Assembly: GCA_038087875.1 (NCBI GenBank)
Contig: CM075989.1
Coordinates: forward strand, 4,216,001-4,280,000
From: Malacoraja senta
Lineage: Eukaryota
DNA: 64,000 bases
Reading direction: 5' to 3'
This document shows, in pieces, positions 51,230 to 63,215 of the stretch. The notes beneath the pieces were generated by a model that was given only the letters and a program-made list of their open reading frames with translations, had not been told where the DNA came from and did no database searches. Position 1 is the stretch's first letter, and every line of letters begins with the position of its first letter. A program made the translations under genes and the position numbers.

Positions 51230-53700
51230 TGTCATATATTAGGATATGTTAGTTTGATTGGCATATACACCAGGGTGTAATGAAATTCCTTACTTACATG
51301 AAGCTCACAGAGTAAATAGTATACATACAGTAATGGTAAATAAAACAATAAATATAATGATGAGTAACTTTTGCAATTTTGTGTGCAGCCGAGGTGAGGT
51401 CTGCTGTATGATTTTACCGGGTTGTATGCAAAACAAAGCAATGTACTGTATTTAGTTACATGTGACAATAAAGTATAATGGAATCATTGAGTGCAAAACT
51501 GCAGAATGGTGTAAGTTCGTAGGGAAAAATCTGTGGAAAAAAAGATTATAGTACAATAATGAAATAACGGATTAAGGTGAGATGATTATGACTAGGGAAA
51601 GAGGAAGAGGGTGTGGAAGAGAACTTTAGCGCAGTAGTGTGAGAGCAGTGGGGAAGAAGCTATTCTTTAGTCTGGGGGTCTGTGGTTTCAAGCTCCTGTG
51701 TGTTCTTCCAGAAGGTAGAAGAGAGACAAGGAAATGGCCAGCGTACGAGGCATCCATGACCATACTTCCTGCCTTCCATAGAAACATAGAAACATAGAAA
51801 TTAGGTGCAGGAGTAGGCCATTCGGCCCTTCGAGCCAGCACCGCCATTCAATATGATCATGGCTGATCATCCAACTCAGTATCCCGTACCTGCCTTCTCT
51901 CCATACCCTCTGATCCCTTTAGCCACAAGGGCCACATCTAGCTCCCTCTTAAATATAGCCAATGAACTGGCCTCGACTACCCTCTGTGGCAGAGAGTTCC
52001 AGAGATTCACCACTCTCTGTGTGAAAAAAGTTATTCTCATCTCGGTTTTAAAGGATTTCCCCCTTATCCTTAAGCTGTGACCCCTTGTCCTGGACTTCCC
52101 CAACATCGGGAGCAATCTTCCTGCATCTAGCCTGTCTAACCCCTTAAGAATTTTGTAAGTTTCTATAAGATCCCCTCTCAATCTCCTAAATTCTAGAGAG
52201 TATAAACCAAGTCTATCCTGTCTTTCTTCATAAGACAGTCCTGACATCCCAGGAATCAGTCTGGTGAACCTTCTCTGCACTCCCTCTATGGCAATAATGT
52301 CCTTCCTCAGATTTGGAGACCAAAACTGTACGCAATACTCCAGGTGTGGTCTCACCAAGACCCTGTACAACTGCAGTAGAACCTCCCTGCTCCTATACTC
52401 AAATCCTTTTGCTATGAAAGCTAACATACCATTCGCTTTCTTCACTGCCTGCTGCACCTGCATGCCTACTTTCAATGACTGGTGTACCATGACACCCAGG
52501 TCTCGCTGCATCTCCCCTTTTCCTAGTCGGCCACCATTTAGAAAATAGTCTGCTTTCCTGTTTTTGCCACCAAAATGGATAACCTCACATTTATCCACAT
52601 TATACTGCATCTGCCAAACATTTGCCCACTCACCCAGCCTATCCAAGTCACCTTGCAGTCTCCTAGCATCCTCCTCACAGCTAACACTTCCTGATGGACT
52701 GGGTGGAAGGAAGTGACACGGTCCAGTTCCTGTACCAGACTGAGCTGGATCCTGTCAGAATAATTTCTAAAGGGCATCTGTAGAAGTTCAAGATAGCCCC
52801 TGTGGACATGCCAAATCTTCTCAGACACCTAAGAAAAGAAGTCTGAAGAAGGGTGTCGACCCGAAATGTAATCTATTCATTTTCTCCAGAGATACTGCTG
52901 CCTGACCGCTGAGTTACTCCAGCATTTTGTGTCTACGGTGTAAACCAGCATCTGCAGTTCCTTCCTACACCTAAGAAAGTAAATCAGCCGATAAACTGTC
53001 TTAAATCACTGCATCAGTGTGAAAGAAGCAGGGAAGGTGATGGTTGCTGCTGATATGGATGCTTAAGAACTTGAAGTTGTCGACCATCTCTACAGCAGCT
53101 CCGTTGATGAGGATGGAGAAGTGTTCAGCCCCTCACTTCCTTCGGTTAACAACTAACTCTTTTGTCTTGCTGATGTTAAGGGTTAGGTTATTGCCCTGAT
53201 ACCATGACAAAATGTTTCTCGATCTCTTTCCTGGACTTTATCTTATTGTTGTTGAAGAACCGGCCAACAACGGTGGTATCAACAGTGAACGTAAGGGTTG
53301 GTGTAGGAAGGAACTGCAGATGCTGGATTAAACCGAAGGTAGACACAAAAAGCTGGAGTAACCCAGCCGGACAGGCAGCGTCTCTGGAGAGAAGGAATGG
53401 GTGACGTTTCGGGTCGTGACCCTTCTTCAGACTCAAGAACATCAGGGCTGGTGTTGTGCTTGGCCACATGGTCATGTGTGTACTGGAAGTAGAGCAAGAG
53501 ACTGAGCATACAAACCCGAGGTGCACCAGTAGTGAGGGTCGTGGTGGAGGAGATGTTCGGACCAATTCTGATCTACTGAGGTCTACTGGTCAGGATGTCC
53601 AGCAGTCAGTTATAGATGGCTCCAAGTCCAAGGTCTAGAAGTTTAGAGATTAGTTTATTTTGAAATTATGGTGTTGAATGCTGAGCTGCAGTCAGTGGTT
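51230..53700 (-). mobile_element. Degenerate Rex1/Babar LINE (RT to C-terminus) with CR1 and Penelope inserts
   Basis: Minus-strand peptides DCSSAFNTII, LLDILTSRPQ*IRIG..TGAP, YTHDHVAKH, DTTVVG, WYQGNNLTLNISKTKELVV, INGAAVEMVDNFKFL and LLPSGR..RLKNSFFPTA. Confidence 0.85.
51775..52688 (-). mobile_element. Young 5'-truncated CR1/HER1-type LINE with an open 256-aa ORF2 C-terminus
   Basis: ORF 51876-52646 (WQMQYNVDKCEVIHFG..RPHLEYCVQFWSP..) and a (CTATGTTT)n tail. Confidence 0.95.
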
Positions 53701-53899
53701 GCTAATGGTTTACAACAACCTAGAAATTATCTCCATCTAGGTCCAATCCATACACAAATCATTCATAACAAATGTGCTAAAAATTGTTCCTGTTGTAAGG
53801 CATAATTATACAGATCTCTCAGAGTTGGCACAGACAAGATACACTGATTAGCCTTCTTCATATTGTGTAAAATGATAAGATTTTAACAGTCATTTCCAA

Positions 53900-54175
53900 G
53901 CAGGAGGAGTTTTTAATTGTCATGGGTACTATAAAAGGAACAATGAAATTCCTACTTGCAGCACCATAACAGGTAAATGCAGTATGCAGAGATAACCAAA
54001 TAAACAAAAAAAAAACTCAATAAATTGAAAAAATACAATATTAATGCAAAACTAAAGCCCGTGGTCCCTAGTGCAACGAACACAGTTTGTAGTTTAGTCA
54101 ATGTTTGTAGTGTTCAAGAGCCTGATGGTTGTTGGGAAGAGGCTGTACCTGAACCTGGACGTCACTGTTTCCAGG
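53900..54175 (-). mobile_element. Rex1/Babar-like 3' fragment
   Basis: Homologous to 149-430. Confidence 0.6.
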
Positions 54176-55698
54176 AGCATAGCATTGTATGTATGTCTAC
54201 TAATGTTCAGAACTTGTGACATACAATTAGTTTTGCACCAAATTCACTAGAACTTGATAGATTTGATCAAACCACCCATATTCCTCTCTCAGTTTATATC
54301 TTTTGACACTTTTCAGCTTTGAAAATCATTTCTACCCATTCATTGTGCAGTATGAGGTATTGTAACATGCCTTAGGCATTTCAGACATGTGAAAGGTAAT
54401 TCTGTTGTTGATGGATTCTAACTGCGCAGTGTGCAGTGGCAGAACAACCTACAATACACCAGGGTATCATTTTACTGTTGTATAATCCCAGATAAGCCAA
54501 CAATGATTACCTGTAACAAGAAAATATAGAACTCAGAGAGTGTATGTTAATAATAATAACACTGATGACATTGATCAAAGCACTGGGTTACAGAGTACAG
54601 AAGTGATCGCTGACATGTTGCTGTTGAGTGAAATAGACACTGTGCTCCTGCTGAACTTTCATTTCCATTTGACAAACGATCTTTAGTAATTTGCTGACAC
54701 GAGGAACTGCAGATGCTGGATTCCTGAGCAAAGCACAAAGTTCTGGAGTAACTCAGCGGGTCAGGCGGCATCTGTGGAGGGAATGGACAGGCAAGGCTTT
54801 GGGTCAGATCAGCCTGAGGAAGGATCCTGACCAGAAATGTCACCCGTGTTTAAGAAGGAACTGCAGATGCTGGAAAATCGAAGGTACACAAAAATGCTGG
54901 AGAAACTCAGCAGGTGCAGCAGCATCTATGGAGCGAAGGAAATAGGCAACGTTTCGGGCCGAAACCCTTCATGTTACCCATCCATTCCCTCCACAGCACC
55001 TTGTGTTTTAGTAGTCTGCTGTTCAGCGACGCGTGTACGCCTGGAATATTTTCCATTTCATTTTCATCCCCCTTCTACATGTCTCCACATTACTCTCCAC
55101 TTCTCTCCTGATTGTGCTTGGATACAGATCCATGGTTACAAGCTGTTCTTCCATCCTCCATCCTCCATCAGGTAAGTAGCACAGTGCTACTTGACAAGTG
55201 GTCATGCTGCCTAAACACCACAAGGTCCTTACTTGACGTTCCAAAAGCAGAACAAATGGATCCACATCTTGTTCGGGGGCACATTTGTAACAAACCTACT
55301 CTGGTTGTAATAAGAACTCAGTCCATAAGGTCGTAATCCAATTTTTTTTCTCACCTCCACATAATTTCTGGTTGTATGCCTCTATCTCATGGAAAGAGCA
55401 GGCACTTTACCCTGGTGGTCATGAATATAATTCTTTGTCCTTATGTCAAGAACAACCTTAAAGGCTCTTCAATTCAATCCATCATTTGAATTGCCCGCAG
55501 GAGTAACAGATGACCACTCAACACCACAAACACAATCGGGTTCAAACTTGCTTTCATTTGATGCACCACACTGGCGTACACTTGTTTTTACCTTACAGTT
55601 TGTGATATGGTGATCTTAGTTTAGTGTTAGAGATACAGTGCGGAAACAGGCCCTTCGGCCCACTGAGTCCGCGCCGACCAGTGATCCCTGCACACTAA

Positions 55699-55945
55699 AG
55701 GGCCTGTCCCACTTTCACGACCTAATTCACGACCTCTGCCGAGTTTGCCCTTGACTCATACTCGCAGCATGGTCGTCACGAGGTTGGAGGAGGTCGTAGG
55801 AGGCCGTAGGTAGGTCATAGCAGGCCGTGATGCTAGTCGTAGGTTCTCGTGGCATCAAGTAAGTCGGGGCGTTTTTCTAGCCTGATGAAAAATGTTCACG
55901 AGTAAAAAAGGTTGTGAATTAGGTCGTGAAAGTGGGACAGGCCCT
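55699..55945. mobile_element. MITE 1, PIF/Harbinger-like (36-bp TIR, TAA TSD)
   Basis: TIR AGGGCCTGTCCCACTTTCACGACCTAATTCACGACC with 1 mismatch. TAA at 55696-55698 and 55946-55948. Confidence 0.9.
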
Positions 55946-55948
55946 TAA

Positions 55949-56417
55949 TGCCCCTGTCCCACTTAGGAAACCTGAACGGAAACCTCTGGAGACTTTGCGC
56001 CCCACCTAAGCTTTCCGTGCGGTTCCCGGAGGATCCCGGAGGTTTTTGTCAGTCTCCCTAATGGTCGAAAGTGGTTTACGCTTCTTCTATGTTCCGGCGA
56101 TTATTTCAAAAAATTCAAAACCGGCTGCGACTAAACATTCGGCCCGAAACGTTACCTATTTCCTTCGCTCCATAGATGCTGCTGCACCCGCTGAGTTTCT
56201 CCAGCATTTTTGTGTACCTGCGACTAAACATAGGTTGCCGTTTTAAAAATCGGTAATTTTTTAGTTGAAGCCGGTTTGTGTTGCTAGTTGAAGGTGGTTG
56301 CCGGAGGTTGCAGGTAGTGGAAGGTAAGACCTCCCTGGTGGATTAAAACTGGGTGAAAAAAAGGTCTTACTTTCCACTACCTGCAACCGTTCAGGTTTCC
56401 TAAGTGGGACTGGGGCA
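55949..56417. mobile_element. MITE 2, PIF/Harbinger-like (31-bp TIR, TAA TSD)
   Basis: TIR TGCCCCTGTCCCACTTAGGAAACCTGAACGG with 1 mismatch. TAA at 55946-55948 and 56418-56420. Confidence 0.9.
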
Positions 56418-57177
56418 TAACACTACCTACACCCACTAGGGACAATTTACAATTAACCTACAAACCTGTACGTCTTTGGAGTGTGGGAGGAAACCGAAGA
56501 TCTCGGAGAAAACCAACACAGGTCACAGATAGAACGCACAAACTCCATACAGACAGCACCTGTAGTCAGGATCCGAACCCAGGTCTCCGTCGCTGTAAGG
56601 CAGCAATTCTGCCGCTGTGCCACCGTGACGATCTGCGCATATGGAAATGCATCATGGTGTAAAAAAATGTAGCAATGTGATGATTTACATTGCCGCAATA
56701 AACATAAATTAGCTTGGATTGTGTGAGAGGGGAAGATGACTTTACATGGAATAACAGTGATGTCTGCTTGCAGTTTGTGAATCTCCACCCTCTAGATCAT
56801 GCATTCAGAGTTGATGATCTGAAGATTTGTACAAGGCGGGTGCAAATGGATTATTCCAAATCTTTCCTCCTCAGCTTTAAAATGAAAGACCGTGGCTGAT
56901 AGCTCAACACTGCCTGTTGTGTGACTGAACCAGTTCAAGATTTAGGCTTGTCAGAGTGCTGTGAAAGCACATTCTGTATGGATCTCGATCCACAGGATTA
57001 TCCTGTTCTGTACTGTACCTTCTTGCCAACAGTGCTGATTCCATTGTACTTGTCCGACTGTAGTTGCTGATCCGTGCCTTGATGGTGATTTATACACCAT
57101 GGCTTCAGAACCCAGTTACCTTGAACTGAAAAATGGATTCAGATTGTTGAATTTTTCCAACCTCAGCATTTAGATGC

Positions 57178-57398
57178 GCAGGAAGGAACTGCAGATGCTG
57201 GTTTAAACCGAAGATAGACACAAAAAGCTGGAGTAACTCAGCAGGTCAGACAACATCTATTGGAGAAAAGGAATAGGTGACGTTTCGGGTCGAGACCTTT
57301 CTTCAGACTTCAGACAGTACTGAAGAAGGGTCTCGACCCGAAACGTCACCCATTCCTTTTCTCCGTTGAGTTACTGCAGCTTTTTGTTTCTATCTCAA
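57178..57398. mobile_element. Fold-back Penelope-derived element with back-to-back hammerhead-like cores
   Basis: Cores at 57279-57306 (-) and 57320-57347 (+). Confidence 0.8.
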
Positions 57399-58960
57399 CT
57401 TTTAGATGTTTGGCTAACAACCCATGTTGCCATGTATCTTAGGTAGACAAAAATGCTGGAGAAACTCAGCGGGTGAGGCAGCATCTATGAACGAGACCCG
57501 TCTTTTGCCATGTATCTTCTGCAGTTGGAAGTTTAATTTACTTGATACAGTATCTTCCTTGAGATTTTTTGGCTATTTTTCTCATAGATTCAAACAGCAC
57601 AGAAATGGGTCCTTCGGCCCAACTCGTCCATACTGACCAAGATGCCGCATCTACACTAGTTCCATAAGCCTACTTTTGGCCCATATCCCTCTAAACCTTT
57701 CCCATCCATGTACCTGTCCAAATGTCTTTTAAATGCATTGTACCTCCCTCAACTACCGTTCCATATACCCACCAACCAAATTACTGTTGTCTACTGCACT
57801 TGAAACTGTGGGACACAGGAACTGTACTGTGGCAATTCTGCATATTTTGTCCATAAAAAGTCCATTCACATTTTGGCAATTATCTTTTTGAAGTTTCACC
57901 TTTTTTGTTTGAGTGGAGTGGTGAATATTTTTTGGGCAATAATGTTCCCTCAGTCTTCCCAGTATCTCAGACTGATAAAAGTCATGGCTGCCTGCTTGTA
58001 TTTGAACAAAGAAGTATTAATGATCAGGGCGATTCTCTCTGTTCCTTTTGGAAAGCTTGAATATTCTGAGAAACTTGACATGGTTTCCAACTTCAACTAA
58101 GCCTTCCATCCCCTCTCTCTCCATCCCTCCCCCACCCTAGTCGTTGAACTAGTTTCAATGTCATCCTATTGAATTTCATTGTCTGTAACTCGTTTTCACC
58201 TAGCCCACAGCTAACAATGGTCTGCTTCCTTTATCATCGTTACTTTTTTGCATATCATTTGTTCTCCAGTATATCTCTCTATATCACCGTCTATATCTCT
58301 TGTTTGCTTTCCCCCTGACTCTCAGTCTGAAGAAAGGTCACGACCCAAAACGTTACCTATTCCTTTTCTCCTGAGATGCTGTCTCACCCGCTGAGTTACT
58401 CCAGATTTTTGTGCCTGTCTATGGTTCTTTTTCGGTTCCTTATCATGCTGCAATTCTGTGGACCATGGAGTGCCCCTTGTTGGGAGATTTTACCGCCATT
58501 TTTTTCTCATTTCTAGTCTGCCTCTCTTTTTCCTACAAAATTCACTACATCAAACAACCATGGACTAGTTACCTATAATTGTGCTCAATACTTAGGCTGG
58601 TAATCGTGCATCTGCTCTAGTGCAAAAGATTTAAGGATTTAATACTTGTTATATATTTAATGTATCCAATTTCAAAACTATGTAGCAGTTGTAATTTATT
58701 TGATTAATAATATTCACTTCAACTATTTTGCTCTTCCCACTCAATAATGCCGCATCTTAACACTTCAATGTGAGAGGTGGAAAAGTATATGTTAAAATGT
58801 CCCAAAATATGTCAGCTAATACTGGTCAACTTGATTTATATCTTGCAATGTTTGGCTGACCAGATCTTTATTGCTTTGGTTTAACAGGGGTCACGTTAAC
58901 AGTCTTGGGGGCTTTGAAAGGTGGAGGAGTAAAGGTCATTTGTATCAAAATCCCTCAAAT

Positions 58961-59255
58961 CTTAGCTTAGTTTTGTTTAGAGATACAGCGGAGCGACAGG
59001 TCCTTTGCCCCATCGAGTCCATGCCGACTAGCAATCACCCATACACTACTATCCTACCAGGGACAATTTACAACAGCCAATTAACCTACAAACCTGCACA
59101 TCTATGGAATGTGGGGGGTAACCGGAGCACCCGGTGAAAGCCCACGCTGTCATAGGGAGAACGGACAAAATCCATTCAGACAGCATCCGCAATCAGGATT
59201 GAACGTAGGTCTCTGGTGCTGTAAGGCAGCAACTCTACTGCTACACCATGCTACC
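58961..59255 (-). mobile_element. HE1-like V-SINE
   Basis: Consensus match. Confidence 0.8.
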
Positions 59256-59569
59256 GACGGTATTCCGTCCTTGGGTCACAGATGTGATTGATGACAACTT
59301 TGTGGATGAAAACATTGACGTTGCAGGTAGTGTTGGTTAGTGGATGGTTCCTGGTGAAACCTGGGTGCAGTTGGTGTTTGGTATATCCTCTGTTGTTAGA
59401 TTTCTTTCCACCAGTTTGTATTTTTTCATCTGATGAACAACGAACAAACTTAATTTATTTGTAGGAAGTTTTTTTTCTGATACTTTGTGCCAGTGCATTC
59501 TGAACTTGCTGAAACCAATCTGAATCCTGGTGACTGGGAATCCAGTTTAAGCTTATGTACTTGGAGTCA

Positions 59570-60235
59570 CAGAGTCACAGAGCCACAGAGCCCAACCCGC
59601 CCATGCTGACCAAGTTACCAAAGCTGGTTCCATTTACCCGTGTTTGACCCAAATCCCTCTCAACCTTTCCTAAAAATGTTTTTAAAGTATCTTTCTCAAT
59701 TACTTCCTCACGCAGCTCCTTCCATAAGTGTGGGAAGGAACTGCAGATGCTGGTTTTATAGCGAAGATAGACACAAAATGCTGGTGTAACTCTGCAGGTC
59801 AGGCAGCATCGCTGGAGACAAAGAATAGGTGATGTTTCGGGTCGGAACCCTTGAGTCTGAAGAATGGTTCTAACCCGAAATGCCACCTATTCCTTTTCTC
59901 TCTGAGAATCTGCAGGACCCGCAGAGTTACTCCAGCATTTTGTGCCTATCTTGTTATATCCTCTGTGTGCAAATGTTGCCCATCAGGTTCCTATTAAATC
60001 TTCCCCTCTCGCCTTAAGCCTATTCCCTCTAGTTCTTGATTCCCCTACTCCTGCAAAAAAAGACTGTACATTCAGCCTATCCCCCCCATAATTATATACA
60101 CCTGTATAAGATCGCCCATCATCTTCCTGAGTTCCAAGGAATAAAGTCCAAGCCTGCCGAACCTCCCCTTATGGTTCAAGCCAACATGTCCTGGGAACAT
60201 CCTCGTAAATCTTTTCTGCACTCTTTCCAGCTTGA
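59570..60235 (-). mobile_element. CR1-type 3' fragment interrupted by a fold-back Penelope element (about 59728-59952)
   Basis: CR1 consensus on both sides of the insert. Confidence 0.75.
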
Positions 60236-60809
60236 TGTTGGATTTGCCGAGAGTTGTGCAGCACTTTGCAAAAGCCTGCAGGAGAGATGTGCCTGGCCCT
60301 CTAAATAATGCTGTGTGCCTTCAGTAAAAGTTGCAATGAGAGTGAACAGTCACACTTGCTATTAAGACCAATGATGCAAAATCTTGCCAGAAAGGAACTT
60401 GGATATTATCAGCTAGGCCTCTGAGCAAACTGCTTACTGTAAAAAACATTGCAAGCATATGTGAAATATATGCTATTAATATGCAATAACTCCATGTGCT
60501 ATTAATGATTAGTGTAAACTTTTCCAGAAATTTGCACAAATAATGTGTCGGAAAGAACAGCAGATGCTGGTTTAAATCGAAGATAGACACAAAATGCTGG
60601 AATAACTCAGCGGGGCATGCAGCATCTCTGGAGAGAAGGAATAGGTGACATTTCGGGTCGAGACCCTTCTTCAGCCCCTTTGACCTATTGTCTGTGCAAT
60701 GTCTGTTATTCTGCAGATAAATATCTCGGCCAATGTTCTTTGGTTCAGAATCACACTTAAACCACAATTTCATTACAAAGTAGTCCATGCTTTACTGGGT
60801 GGGCTATTT

Positions 60810-61118
60810 TACTTTGGACTTTAGAGATACAGTGTGGAAACAGGTCCTTCAGCCCAATGAGCCCGTGCAGACCAGTGATCCCCATACACTAGCACTATCC
60901 TACACACTAGGGACAATTTAAAATGTTTACCGAAGCCAATTAACCTACAGACCTGTATGTCTTTGAAATGTGGCAGGAAACCAGAGCACCCGTAGAAAAC
61001 CCATGCAGTCACAGGGAGAACGTGCAAACTCCATACAGACAGCACCCTCCGTCAGGATCAAAACCAAGTCTCTGGCGTTGTAAGGCAGCAACTCTATCAC
61101 TGCACCACTGTGCTGCCC
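60810..61118 (-). mobile_element. HE1-like V-SINE
   Basis: Consensus match. Confidence 0.85.
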
Positions 61119-61374
61119 TAAAGTAGTCCACACTACACTGTACTGTAATGTGAGTAAAGCATACTGATTGTGGAAAAATACTGAGATATCAAGGGCTCAG
61201 ACTAATGATGCAGAAAAGTACCATGGCAGAGACAAACATGAAAGTGTTTTGGTTTGTTCTCGGATTGTGAATGTGTCTGGAATCAGTGGCATTCCTAATC
61301 CCTTCTGAGCTAAGGCAGGAGTTATGTCAAACAATAGGGTGGATTTGGTGTTTCTTACAGGCTACACTGGGTAA

Positions 61375-61600
61375 GAAAGACAGATCTCCATCCCTGAAGG
61401 GCATTAGTAAAACATGTGCGTTTTACAACAGTTTAGTAGTTTTGTGTTACTGAGACCATTGCCTTAAAAAAAAAAATTCCAGCTGTATTTCATTATTTGA
61501 ATCTAAATTCCCGAGCTGATAAGTAGAATTGAAACCCATGTCTCTGGAACAATTGTTAAGAACCATGGCTATGAGACCAGTACTTTAACCATAATGTTAC
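61375..61600 (-). mobile_element. Ancient tRNA-derived SINE fossil of a different family
   Basis: 'cagatctccatccctgaagggcattagt..aattgaaacccatgtctctgga..ccagtactttaacca' with a degenerate antisense B-box. Confidence 0.4.
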
Positions 61601-61952
61601 ATGTCCCATAATTCACTTCTGTATGCTTATATTGGAGGGAAGTGTTTACCTGTGTACTGCAGAGCTTGGACTTAGCATTTACCAGATTGAGGAAGGGTCC
61701 TGACCCAAAATGTCACCTATCCATGTTGTCCAGAGATAACCTGGCCCGCTGAGTTACTCCAGTGCTTTGTGTCTTTTTTTTCGTAAACCAGTATCTACAG
61801 TTCCTTGTGTCTATATTTTACCAGAATATTTCCTAGATCTACAACACGAGTAGCACAGAATCCACAAAAAGCTGATTTCCAACAGTATCCAAAGATGGCA
61901 TGGCACTCTTTGAATAAGAGGGGACTGTTCTCTTGGTGCATAGTATTATATT

Positions 61953-62243
61953 TTAAGTTAGAGATACAGTGTGGAAACAGGCCCTTGGGGCCACCGAATC
62001 CACGCTGACCAGGATCACCTGTACACTAGTTCTACCCTACATGCTAGGGACAATTTACAGAAGCCAATTAACTTACAAACCTGCACGTCTTTGGAAAGTG
62101 GGAGGAAGCTGGAGCGCCCGGAGAAACCCTACGCGGTTACATGGAGAACGTTCAAACTCTGTATTGGCAGCACCCATGGTCAGGATCAAACCTAAGTCTC
62201 TGGCGGTAAAAGGCAGCAACTCACCTGCTGTGCCACTGTACCA
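61953..62243 (-). mobile_element. HE1-like V-SINE
   Basis: Consensus match. Confidence 0.8.
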
Positions 62244-62599
62244 GCCTAATCAAACCAAGCAAACTCATCATATTATGACATCTTGGTATGGAAAGTGTGA
62301 ATACATTCCCTTTATTTTCTGACTTGAATGGGCAGATTTTCCTTTTTATATGTTTTTATTTTTTATTTTTCACTTGGTTTCTATATCTCCCTGCGAGCTC
62401 ACTTTTCATGAACAATCTGACTTCTGAGTCAATGCTCCTTGAATCAGGACCACACACAAGCCACAACTTCATGACATTCATACCAAAAACGTATGACTTG
62501 GTAACAGCGATTGCATTTCAAAAAGAATTATTTGACTACACCAGCTTAGACAGCCTGAATATGCGGAAAAGGTAAAGCATATGCAAAATGCTTATCCTA

Positions 62600-62925
62600 T
62601 TTACTGCATATTTTGTCTTGCATTTTTCCTGTTGGTTGTTATTTTTCATTTTGTTCCTCATCTATCTGACCAATACATTGCTACATCTCTGTTCAACACA
62701 GGTGTCCTTTTCGCTGTCAACAACATGGCCAATTTTTGAATCACCTGCAAACTTCTTAAATGTGCTCCATAAATTAATTCTAAATGATTTAGGTATACCA
62801 CAAAGGGCAAGGGACCTACCGCTAAGCCCTGTGGAACCCCCAAGTAAACATCTTCCCAAACATTAAACATATGTTGATCATTATTCTTTGCATCCTGTCA
62901 CTGAGCCAATTTTACATCCACCTTG
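62600..62925 (-). mobile_element. Old CR1 RT fossil
   Basis: Peptides GVPQGLAVGPL and KFAGDSKIGHVVDSE in adjacent frames. Confidence 0.7.
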
Positions 62926-62934
62926 CCTATTATA

Positions 62935-63215
62935 TTTAAGAAGGAACTGCAGATGCTGCAAAATCGAAGGTAGACAAAAGTGCTGGAGAAACTCAGCGGG
63001 CGCGGCAGCATCTATGAAGGAAATAGGCAAAGTTTCGGGCCGAAACCCTTCTTCAGACTGATGTAGGGTAGGGGGGTGGGGGGGACGGGAAGAAGAAAGG
63101 AAGAGGAGGAGCCAGAGGGCTGAGGGAGAGCTGAGAAGGGGAGGAGACAATAAGGGCTACTGGAAATTGGAGAAGTCAATGTTCATGCCGCTGGGGTATA
63201 GACTCCTCCAATTTC
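62935..63215 (-). mobile_element. Penelope-like 3' fragment
   Basis: Antisense of a 21090-21341-type sequence. Confidence 0.75.

Larger units (their letters stand above)
55616..56627 (-). mobile_element. V-SINE hosting two MITEs
   Basis: SINE tail at 55616-55698. The SINE resumes at 56421. Confidence 0.85.

Noticed and set aside
54504..54535. Minus-strand CAG|GTAATC recursive-like site
   Set aside because: The donor is weaker and lies on the opposite strand to the other splice candidates. Expected by chance.
1443..62322. Many recurrent short ORFs (ECGRKPEH.., GAVCTEF.., RDAACPAELLQHF..)
   Set aside because: Frames through V-SINE and Penelope terminal-repeat copies, not a gene family.
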